Assembly: GCA_017504305.1 (NCBI GenBank)
Contig: JAFVRJ010000009.1
Coordinates: 13,591 to 77,590 of the forward strand
DNA length: 64,000 nt
Source: Clostridia bacterium
GTDB taxonomy: Bacteria > Bacillota > Clostridia > Christensenellales > DTU072
Direction: 5' to 3'
Position numbers and translations under genes: made by a program. The stretch's first letter is position 1, and each line of letters starts with the position of its first letter. Below the pieces are notes generated by a model that had not been told where the DNA came from, searched no databases, and saw nothing but the letters and a program-made list of their open reading frames with translations. Shown here piece by piece: positions 1-7,811 of the stretch.

Positions 1-84
1 GTGGAGTTATGGTTTGGCATTACTCATGTGACGTTGATCCCGATAGCGAACTATCGTTATGGGATGCGATATACCAAGCAGTAG
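1..84 (+). CDS. 3' end of an unidentified gene (partial, runs off the left edge)
   Basis: Frame 1 is open from nt 1 (..GITHVTLIPIANYRYGMRYTKQ) to TAG at 82-84. A hairpin/T-run terminator follows at 165-207. Too short to assign a product. Confidence 0.3.
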   Translation: MELWFGITHVTLIPIANYRYGMRYTKQ

Positions 85-164
85 AGAGTAGAAAATAGTA
101 ATTTAGGTAGCCAAACTCGCTATAAGCGTAGCCTAAAGTTGAATATAAATGAATAACAATCAAT

Positions 165-207
165 AACGGTAGCAACCCTAAAAAGGAACGCTACCGTTTA
201 ATTTTTT
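165..207 (+). terminator. Rho-independent terminator candidate
   Basis: AACGGTAGC (165-173) pairs with GCTACCGTT (190-198), followed by TTAATTTTTT. Confidence 0.55.
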
Positions 208-246
208 GTACTCACACAACACGATAAATCGTGTTGAAATCTTGTA

Positions 247-275
247 TTGACTTTATCGCGCGCGTGTGTTATGAT
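247..275 (+). promoter_or_regulatory. Sigma-70-type promoter of the 1,886-aa surface-protein gene
   Basis: TTGACT (247-252), 17-nt spacer, TATGAT (270-275), with TG at 267-268 (extended -10). The spacer carries the alternating run CGCGCGCGTGTGT (257-269). Confidence 0.6.
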
Positions 276-307
276 ATATGCGTATATTATTAATCAAAGG
301 TGCAACT

Positions 308-3300
308 ATGTCTACAAACAAAAGCCGTACAATTTTATTTTTACTGCCGCTCCTTATTATTTTTGCGTTCGTAACAGCTTTTTCTTTACGCGCGCCCGAG
401 CTTGATGCACGCGCAATCGAGGAAGAAGAGGACTACGTCGAATTGTCGGGCGGTGGCACTGCGGTTAACCCGTATCAAGTAACTACTCGCGATGAGTTTT
501 TAGTTATGCTTAACGGCATCAACGCAACTCCCGATACCGTATACTCGAGGGTACCGTATTATGCAAACTTCAATCAAAGCTATTTTATGCTTCTTACTGA
601 TATTGATTTATCGCTTTTAGCAAGTGATGAAGTTATTGCGCCTATTGGTACGGTAGATCGTCCCTTTACAGGTGGTTTGTTTGGTAGCGGTTTTATAATA
701 TACAATTTGCACCTTGACGCGACCAACAATCCCATAAAGTCAGTAGACGGCTACGATAATTATGCGGGCGCGTTCGGCTACGTAGGCGCAGGCGCACAAA
801 TAAACAACTTGGGTTTTTCGGGGGTATCCATTGATTATCCCAGTACCGGTAAATACGTTGGTGGTATCGCCGGTTATAACGCGGGCACTATCGATAACTG
901 TTTCTTTGACGGCGAAGTAAATGGCTATCAATACGTAGGAGGTATTGCCGGTGCAAACGAAGGCACTATTTCCGATTGCTTTGCTAACGGTAGCGTCACC
1001 GCCAACAATCCCGTTGCTTACCTTGGTGGTATCGCAGGATCATCGGTAAACGGAGCAATCAAAACCTCTTATACTTTAGCAACCGTCAAGGCAACAGGTA
1101 CGGGCGCTACTAATGTTGGTGGTGTAACGGGCGAATTGGTCGGAAACACCCTTTCATACAGCAACTCTTATTTTAACAAATCGGTAAACGAGGGGCTCTA
1201 TGCAATCGGTGGTGATGCCGAGAACTCTGCATATGACGTAGATAATGCAGGTCTTAAAATCAAGGGCTTAATTAACGTCGAGTTCAACTCGATGGATATT
1301 ATCAGCCTTTTCGGAAGCGCCGCTAACAATAGCACCTCGCAAGACGAAGGATGGATTCGCAAGTTTACCGTTAACGATCACACCGAGTACGTTGCGCCAA
1401 TTCATAAGAGATTTTATATGCACTCCGACGTAGAGGCCGTTCGTAACGTAGCGACAATACGTATGTTTGGCATCGACAAGGCTTCTGAGGAAGAGTGGGG
1501 TAGCGAGCTTAATCCGTACTTAATTTCTGATGCAAAGCAAATGATTAACCTCCAACAAGCGGTTAACGTTTACTCACAAACTTATTTAGGCAAATACTTT
1601 AAGCTCACAAAGGATATCCGCTATACAAGTAGCGTTTCTCCCATCGGTATATATAACGGTGACGAGCGTGACGTGGCCTTCCAAGCAACTTTTGACGGCG
1701 ACAATCACGTTATTTACGACCTTCAAATTAATAAGACCGAAACCAAAACTTCGCACCTCGGTTTATTTGGATACTTGGGTGATTCGGGTACTGTCAAAAA
1801 TCTTACGCTCGATAAATCCTGCACCGTTTACGGCGATCAATATATCGGAGCTTTGGTCGGATTTAATAACGACGGTGATGTAATTAATATCGAAAGCGCG
1901 GCTACGGTACAATCTACCTATTATTCAGGCGGTATCGTAGGCGAAAGCAACTTGGGCGTTTACGCAAACATTTTAAGTAAGGCCAATTTAGTTTCATCCA
2001 ATATAAGCGCGACAACTTTATACGGCGTAATCGGTAGCATAACCAATACTCCTACCGCGGTAGATAACGTTTGGTATTATGCGGAAATCGGCGTTACCAA
2101 GTTCAGTGGCACCAATGATTTGGGTAACGTTATTTACGTTGACAAAACCGACGGCACTTTGACCGTTACTAAAGATGCAAACGGCAATATTACCTTTGTA
2201 GGCAATCCGAAGTCCGGTCTTGACGTTGAGTATCGTAACGGTGACGAGCTTATTTTACAAGAGGGTACGACTTATGTACAAGAGGCAACTACAGCGCCTT
2301 TAGGTATTGATAAAGCCAAGGTTTATGCAAGGTTTGTTCGTGCTCTTACCGCATCTACCGACCAACCGGTATCTTCAACCGTAACGGTCAAGGGAAACGA
2401 GAACTCCACTTACTATAGAGGACAAACCTTCTCGGTAGAAATAAAGATCGTCACGGGCGTTTACGTTAGAAACGTAAAAGGCGTAGATATCAACGGCACC
2501 GAAGTTGGCCTTGAAAATATCGACTATATGTACGATAGCATTGGGTCCGCTGTTATCTTTAGCGCAACTATGAAAGTAGCTCTTGTAGAAATAGTGGTTG
2601 ACATTGAGGCTATCACTTGGAGTGAAGACGTTTTCCCCACGACGTATGTCTATAACGGCGAACCCGTATCTTTCCCCGTAGATCAGCTCCAACCTCCGGT
2701 AGGTTACAAAATTGAAGTTGCTTATACCGGTGAAGTTGCACCTAAAGATGCCAATGCATCCGATAGCGAAAATTATTCATTGACTATTTACTATAAGCAC
2801 GTGGCAACCGACGTTACAATGGGCCTCAAGCGTGCAGATTATCACATCAACAAATTAAAGCTTAACTTGGTAAGCAATGCTTACGGATATTTGAGCACTT
2901 CAAAAGAGTGGGATAATAGCATACTTCCCGTAAATTGCCCCAGCGTAAATCAAGACGTAATGGCAAATAAGATACCAAGTGACGATTTGGTACTATCTGC
3001 AAAGATGTCCTTTAACACAACGTCTATTACCACTGGTACGGCAACCATTACCTATGAATTTGCATTGAGCGGTAAATCGGCTCACAACTATATTGTACCC
3101 GATGATTACGTATATGCTAACGGCTCCATCGTAAAGCGTCAAGTTACAATCAGTTTCAACAGTTACCAAAGCTATTTTGCAGGTCTTGGTAAAAATCCCT
3201 CGTACTCTCACGTAGCCATTGACTATAGCGGTGTATTGAACATTAAACCCATCGCTCCCATTTATAGCTTTACGCATACTGAAGAAGGCAAAGAAATGGG

Positions 3301-5968
3301 TAGTGTAGGTAAGTATAAGCTTAAGGTTTCCCTTCCTGAAACGGGCGCGGACGACTGCGCAAGTAAGTACTATAACGTCAGCTTTGCAGGAGCAAAACTC
3401 GACGTTGAAGATAGTCGCTACTACGTAGATTTTATCGTATTACCGCGTGAAGTTAACGCAATATATCTTATAGACGGCGTGGAAACTCTCGAAACGATAT
3501 ACAACGCTTCTAACCAAGCGATATCGGCACATTTTTATGATATTAACGGCGCAAAACAAGCGTTAAGCACCTCGATTACCGAGGTTAAAAACGCCGATAC
3601 TTATACAGTAGGTATTGTGAACTTTACCGACGCAAACTATAGCTTTACCAACGGTACGGTATCGATAATAGTAGATAAGGCAACGCAAACCATTACCACC
3701 CCTGAAGATCAAGCAGTGGTCTTTGGCGCAAACGAGAATAAATATACCGCGACTGCTACGGCAAGTAGTGGCGCAGAAGCGGGCACTATTACGTACGCGT
3801 TATCAGATGCGTGCGCAGGTATGGGCGAGTTTGAAGTCGACGTATTGACCATCCTTAAAGCAGGCACTATTACCATTGAAGTTGAAGTTGCAGATAGCGC
3901 AAACTATTATGGTGCAAGCGCGAGCTATGAACTTGTAGTAAGCAAGGGTAGCATAGCAGTTTACGTCAATGATTTGACTGTCAATTACTCTGAAGATATT
4001 GTCTTTACCTTTGGCAACCAAGAGGGTATTGACGTTCAAGGCATCACCGGCGTAAAAGTATACGTTGACGGCGAGCTCTTTGACGAGAATAAGAATTACG
4101 TTGTACAAGAGTACAGCTTAACGATTGACGTCGCCGAAGCAGTATCTTATGGATACGAGGTAAGTGTGGCGGACGTAGATGCCAAACTTACGGTTAAGCC
4201 CCTCGATATAACCATTACCGCAAAGGCTGTAGAAAGCGTTTACGGCGAGCCCAAAAAGGCGCTTGAGTATGCAGTATCTGTTGATATTCCCGACGAACTT
4301 CAAGGCGAACTTGAGTGTAATATAACGGGCGTAAAAGAGGGTGGATACGAGATTTTACAAGGAACGTTAACCAACGAAAACAACCCCAACTATAACGTTG
4401 TTTCATACCTTTCAGCAATCTACACAGTAACCCCTGCAAAGCTCACCGTAGTTGCAAAGGATTTGACCAAAGAATACGGCGCTGAAGATCCCAAAGCAGA
4501 GTGGACCGTAAATGGCTTGATTACTGGCGATACTGAACAAAGCGTTGGTCTATCCGTTACGTTAACGCGCATCCCCGGCGAAGATACCTTCTATGCCGGC
4601 GACAGCGTAACAAGTCGTTCTTACGCATACTTTGCATCTCACGTAAGCGTAGCTTCTGCAAACTATACCGTAACGTTCGATACTGAAAATAGCGGTGCTC
4701 TTACCATTGTTCAAGGCACTCCTACTGTATCTAACGTTCAAGCAATAAGTATTACTGCGGGCACCTCGCTTAACGATTATGGTACCCCGACTGCAACGTT
4801 TACCGGCAATATCTACGACGTAGAAAATATGGGCTGGTCCAGCCAAGAGTTACTTGGTAGCATCAGCTGGAAGAAAAATGCAACCCCTGACTTTACCGAT
4901 AGCTCGAGCCTCGATTACGTAGCCGTATTTACTCCTGAAAATCGTAATTACAAGGCGGTTGAGTTTAACGTAACCGTAAGCGTTATTCCTGTAGAGCTTA
5001 CCGTAAACTTTACCGGTGCCAAGAGCATTGTATACGATGGCAAAGAGCATAAGGATATGACTTACACGCTCGTTGGTTTAATTTCCGGCGTACCTGCAGG
5101 CGAAACCGTAACCTATACTGGTGACACTAAAAATGCAAATAGTTTTGAAGTAAGCGTATCGATATCAAACCACAACTACGTTCTTAAAGGAACAACCAAG
5201 ACGACGGTAACGATTACACCCGCAAAGCTTACCATCACCGCTCAAGCGATAACCGCGATGGAAGGTGATGAGATTACGGTTGTATACGATTATGACGGCT
5301 TTGTAGTAGGGGATAACGACACCAAGTTAACCTCTGCCCCGAACGCTATAATTCCTGCAGAGCCCGGCAACTATTCGGTAAAACCCTATGGTGCAAAATC
5401 TGCCAATTATGCGATTGAGTACGTAGCGTTTAGCGTTAAGATTCTAAAAAAGACCCTGACAACTGAAGACGAGAGCGTAACCATAGAAGGATCCTTTGAT
5501 GCAGACGTAACCGTTGAGGTTGCAGAAAGCACCGATAACTCCAAGATTGAGGAGCTTTACGCCAATATTAAAGATGGTTATAGCGCACTCGAAACCAAGG
5601 AAATTGATAAAGTTTATACTATAAGCTACGCACTTGGTGAAGAAGCTACTACCATTTCCGGAAAGACCTATTTGACCATGGCAATCCCCGAGGAATACGA
5701 GGATCTAACACAAATAGCTTTCTGTGCTTACACTGTACACGGCGAAGTTATTTACGTTCAGGACGTAACGTTCAACGACGGATACGTAACGATCAACGTA
5801 ACCGATTGCCAAGCAATAGCCATTGTCGTTGAGGCAGAGCAAAGCAATCCGATGATACTTTATATAGCGATCGCAGCGGTAGTAGTTGTAGTTATCGTTA
5901 TCATAATTATTGCTCGCAAGGTTAAGAAGAATCGCGAAAAACGCTTTATCAAATACGATGAAGAATAA
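308..5968 (+). CDS. Very large surface protein: N-terminal signal/TM segment, GLUG-like repeats, long run of MBG(YGX)-like modules, C-terminal TM anchor
   Basis: The ORF is open from 278. ATG 308 has an SD (AAAGGTG, 296-302) and lies downstream of the predicted TSS; ATG 278 does not. Hydrophobic N-terminus MSTNKSRTILFLLPLLIIFAFVTAF. Repeated YVGGIAG / YLGGIAG / NVGGVTG and IGALVGFN / SGGIVGES motifs (GLUG-like). Recurrent K..L.V....K.YG..P...Y...G...GD modules. C-terminus ILYIAIAAVVVVVIVIIIIARKVKKNREKR with no LPXTG. Confidence 0.9.
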   Translation: MSTNKSRTILFLLPLLIIFAFVTAFSLRAPELDARAIEEEEDYVELSGGGTAVNPYQVTTRDEFLVMLNGINATPDTVYSRVPYYANFNQSYFMLLTDIDLSLLASDEVIAPIGTVDRPFTGGLFGSGFIIYNLHLDATNNPIKSVDGYDNYAGAFGYVGAGAQINNLGFSGVSIDYPSTGKYVGGIAGYNAGTIDNCFFDGEVNGYQYVGGIAGANEGTISDCFANGSVTANNPVAYLGGIAGSSVNGAIKTSYTLATVKATGTGATNVGGVTGELVGNTLSYSNSYFNKSVNEGLYAIGGDAENSAYDVDNAGLKIKGLINVEFNSMDIISLFGSAANNSTSQDEGWIRKFTVNDHTEYVAPIHKRFYMHSDVEAVRNVATIRMFGIDKASEEEWGSELNPYLISDAKQMINLQQAVNVYSQTYLGKYFKLTKDIRYTSSVSPIGIYNGDERDVAFQATFDGDNHVIYDLQINKTETKTSHLGLFGYLGDSGTVKNLTLDKSCTVYGDQYIGALVGFNNDGDVINIESAATVQSTYYSGGIVGESNLGVYANILSKANLVSSNISATTLYGVIGSITNTPTAVDNVWYYAEIGVTKFSGTNDLGNVIYVDKTDGTLTVTKDANGNITFVGNPKSGLDVEYRNGDELILQEGTTYVQEATTAPLGIDKAKVYARFVRALTASTDQPVSSTVTVKGNENSTYYRGQTFSVEIKIVTGVYVRNVKGVDINGTEVGLENIDYMYDSIGSAVIFSATMKVALVEIVVDIEAITWSEDVFPTTYVYNGEPVSFPVDQLQPPVGYKIEVAYTGEVAPKDANASDSENYSLTIYYKHVATDVTMGLKRADYHINKLKLNLVSNAYGYLSTSKEWDNSILPVNCPSVNQDVMANKIPSDDLVLSAKMSFNTTSITTGTATITYEFALSGKSAHNYIVPDDYVYANGSIVKRQVTISFNSYQSYFAGLGKNPSYSHVAIDYSGVLNIKPIAPIYSFTHTEEGKEMGSVGKYKLKVSLPETGADDCASKYYNVSFAGAKLDVEDSRYYVDFIVLPREVNAIYLIDGVETLETIYNASNQAISAHFYDINGAKQALSTSITEVKNADTYTVGIVNFTDANYSFTNGTVSIIVDKATQTITTPEDQAVVFGANENKYTATATASSGAEAGTITYALSDACAGMGEFEVDVLTILKAGTITIEVEVADSANYYGASASYELVVSKGSIAVYVNDLTVNYSEDIVFTFGNQEGIDVQGITGVKVYVDGELFDENKNYVVQEYSLTIDVAEAVSYGYEVSVADVDAKLTVKPLDITITAKAVESVYGEPKKALEYAVSVDIPDELQGELECNITGVKEGGYEILQGTLTNENNPNYNVVSYLSAIYTVTPAKLTVVAKDLTKEYGAEDPKAEWTVNGLITGDTEQSVGLSVTLTRIPGEDTFYAGDSVTSRSYAYFASHVSVASANYTVTFDTENSGALTIVQGTPTVSNVQAISITAGTSLNDYGTPTATFTGNIYDVENMGWSSQELLGSISWKKNATPDFTDSSSLDYVAVFTPENRNYKAVEFNVTVSVIPVELTVNFTGAKSIVYDGKEHKDMTYTLVGLISGVPAGETVTYTGDTKNANSFEVSVSISNHNYVLKGTTKTTVTITPAKLTITAQAITAMEGDEITVVYDYDGFVVGDNDTKLTSAPNAIIPAEPGNYSVKPYGAKSANYAIEYVAFSVKILKKTLTTEDESVTIEGSFDADVTVEVAESTDNSKIEELYANIKDGYSALETKEIDKVYTISYALGEEATTISGKTYLTMAIPEEYEDLTQIAFCAYTVHGEVIYVQDVTFNDGYVTINVTDCQAIAIVVEAEQSNPMILYIAIAAVVVVVIVIIIIARKVKKNREKRFIKYDEE

Positions 5969-6038
5969 TCGTTAAGTAAAAATTAAAGCGGAGCAAACTG
6001 TAATAGACATAGGGATTTTTAAGCAATAACAAAAGCGT

Positions 6039-6083
6039 AGCCCACTATACTTCGCAAAAAGCGAAATATGGTGGGCTTTTCTT
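6039..6083 (+). terminator. Rho-independent terminator of the surface-protein gene
   Basis: AGCCCAC (6039-6045) pairs with GTGGGCT (6071-6077). Inner stem TTCGC/GCGAA around an AAAAA loop. Followed by TTTTCTT. Confidence 0.7.
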
Positions 6084-6108
6084 ATCCACAGAATAGTTAA
6101 GTAATTTA

Positions 6109-6281
6109 GTTATATTTTTAGCCTTGTGGCTAAAAGTGATATGCAAGTTTCTTGCGTGATATTTTAACCTACGGTCAAAGTTATATTATATTTGCCATAA
6201 CTTACCCTGTGGGTAAATATAACTTTGCGTAGCAAAATATAACTGCGAAAGCAATATAACTTGCCGATAGGCAAATATAAC
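6109..6281. repeat. Mirror-symmetric heptamer/mini-hairpin array (4 x GT(T/G)ATAT forward, 4 x ATATAAC reverse)
   Basis: Forward heptamers start at 6109, 6136, 6156, 6180. Reverse-complement heptamers start at 6217, 6237, 6254, 6275, plus a truncated ATAAC at 6197. Almost every interval between heptamers is a short hairpin of different sequence (details in findings). Confidence 0.8.
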
Positions 6282-6336
6282 TAGTGCGTCAGTAATAATC
6301 CCTATTACTGACGCACTAAGTGCTCCGCTTTTTTTA
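6282..6336. terminator. Bidirectional terminator hairpin (3' of the sulfatase gene)
   Basis: Perfect 16-bp stem: TAGTGCGTCAGTAATA (6282-6297) with TATTACTGACGCACTA (6303-6318), loop ATCCC. T7 run at 6329-6335 on the + strand; T-rich GTTATATTT follows on the - strand. Confidence 0.7.
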
Positions 6337-6362
6337 TGCTCAAATCGAGGGCGAGGTAAAAA

Positions 6363-7670
6363 CTACTTTTTGCGTGAGAACAGGGCGGGTAGTATAATCG
6401 GTTTGGTTTCGCCTATATCAACCATTTGTGTCTTGAGCTGTTCGCGTAGTTTTGCGCGTACTGCCTTATATTGTTTTGACTTTACAAGGTTTGTTCTTTG
6501 ATGGGGGTCTTTGTTTACGTCGTAGAGATAGTCTTCAAAATAGAATTTTGCTCTCCACTTGATATAACCGATACCTACAGCGCGCACGGAGTATAGATAA
6601 TCTTTCGTGCGGATTGCACGTCCCACTTGACTTTCGCTTATTTGTATAAAGGCGTGGTCGCGTTCAACGTCGCTTTGTAGGGAGGTTCCTGCGTAACTAT
6701 CGGGTATATCGATGCCTGCAAAGTCAAGTAAGGTTGCGGGCAAATCGATTAGACTTACGACGTCTTGACGCACTTTGCCACCGAGGAATTTACCGCCTTT
6801 TATAATGAGCGGGATATGGGTGCATGAGTCGTGAGAACTGCGCTTGTATTCCAAATTGCGCGTCTTAAAGTGAGAGCCATGGTCGGAGGTATATATAATA
6901 ATGGTGTTATCGTAAATTCCCTTTTCCTTGAGTTTTTCGACCAATCTGCCGACGTTATAATCGAGTCTATTTATTGCAGAAATATAATCGGGATAGCACT
7001 TGTTATAATCGCCTTTCAGGAAAGATAAATCCTCGGGGATAGGGTAGTTTTTGTAGCTTTCAACTGTTGGTTTATATCCCTCGTAGCAGCGGCGGTCATT
7101 TTGATGATGTGGCTCAAGTTGCGATACAAACATAAAGAAAGGTTTATTATCATCATGGTTATCAACGTACTCCAAAGCATAGTCGTTTATGCAGTCGGCG
7201 CGATAACCTTTGAACTCCAACTTATTGCCGTCTTGGTCAAAAACGTAACCATCGTAACCATGCGAAGTGAACTCCAATACGTCGGCAGCTCGTACGTATT
7301 TATAATCGCCTTGGCGGTCTTTTGGTATACTGCTATTCTCACAATGGATACCTATACCTGGGTATCTATCGCTTGCCAAGTGCCACTTGCCAATATAAGC
7401 GGTATCGTAGCCGGCATCGTTAAAATAGGATGCAAGGGGCTTAATATCGGGGTTTAAAGCAATACCGTTCCAATAGGAGCGATTTTGTGTTGCGTACTGT
7501 CCAGTCTGCAAGCAAGCTCTTGCCGGACCGCATACCGGTTGACAGGTAAAGCAGTTAGTAAACTTAACACCCTCGTTTGCGAGTTCGGTCAAAGAGGGGG
7601 TTAGGGAAGGCGTTACCGTATCCCAGCGTTGTTGATCTGCAAAATAAAAAATAATATTTGGTCTGTTCAT
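6363..7670 (-). CDS. Cys-type sulfatase (arylsulfatase family), no signal peptide
   Basis: N-terminal NIIFYFADQQRWD. Formylglycine signature C-G-P-A-R-A-C-L-Q-T-G (CxPxR...TG). YTSDHGSHF metal/active-site block. Confidence 0.9.
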   Translation of the reverse strand: MNRPNIIFYFADQQRWDTVTPSLTPSLTELANEGVKFTNCFTCQPVCGPARACLQTGQYATQNRSYWNGIALNPDIKPLASYFNDAGYDTAYIGKWHLASDRYPGIGIHCENSSIPKDRQGDYKYVRAADVLEFTSHGYDGYVFDQDGNKLEFKGYRADCINDYALEYVDNHDDNKPFFMFVSQLEPHHQNDRRCYEGYKPTVESYKNYPIPEDLSFLKGDYNKCYPDYISAINRLDYNVGRLVEKLKEKGIYDNTIIIYTSDHGSHFKTRNLEYKRSSHDSCTHIPLIIKGGKFLGGKVRQDVVSLIDLPATLLDFAGIDIPDSYAGTSLQSDVERDHAFIQISESQVGRAIRTKDYLYSVRAVGIGYIKWRAKFYFEDYLYDVNKDPHQRTNLVKSKQYKAVRAKLREQLKTQMVDIGETKPIILPALFSRKK

Positions 7671-7753
7671 GTTTTAATATTACAACTTTTAAGCCTTTAA
7701 GTCAATAGTTTGATTGGACGCCTCGCGCGCTTACATAGCGCGCAATTAAGTAA

Positions 7754-7782
7754 TTGACTTTTAGTTGTTTATGGAGTATAGT
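7754..7782 (+). promoter_or_regulatory. Promoter candidate for the citrate synthase-led operon
   Basis: TTGACT (7754-7759), 17-nt spacer, TATAGT (7777-7782). SD GGAGGTG lies upstream of ATG 7812. Confidence 0.5.
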
Positions 7783-7811
7783 TATAATAGCTACCTTTAT
7801 GGAGGTGTAAA

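Noticed and set aside
278-307. Longer starts given by the ORF track (278 for the first giant gene; likewise 15762, 38812 and 47020 for other genes)
   Set aside because: In each case a downstream ATG has a proper SD and/or avoids lying upstream of the predicted TSS or inside the preceding gene. The extra residues precede an otherwise normal signal peptide or N-terminal motif.
6109-6281. CRISPR array
   Set aside because: The repeated unit is only 7 nt, the intervening segments are 10-20 nt and are themselves hairpins, the repeat switches orientation midway, and no cas genes are present.
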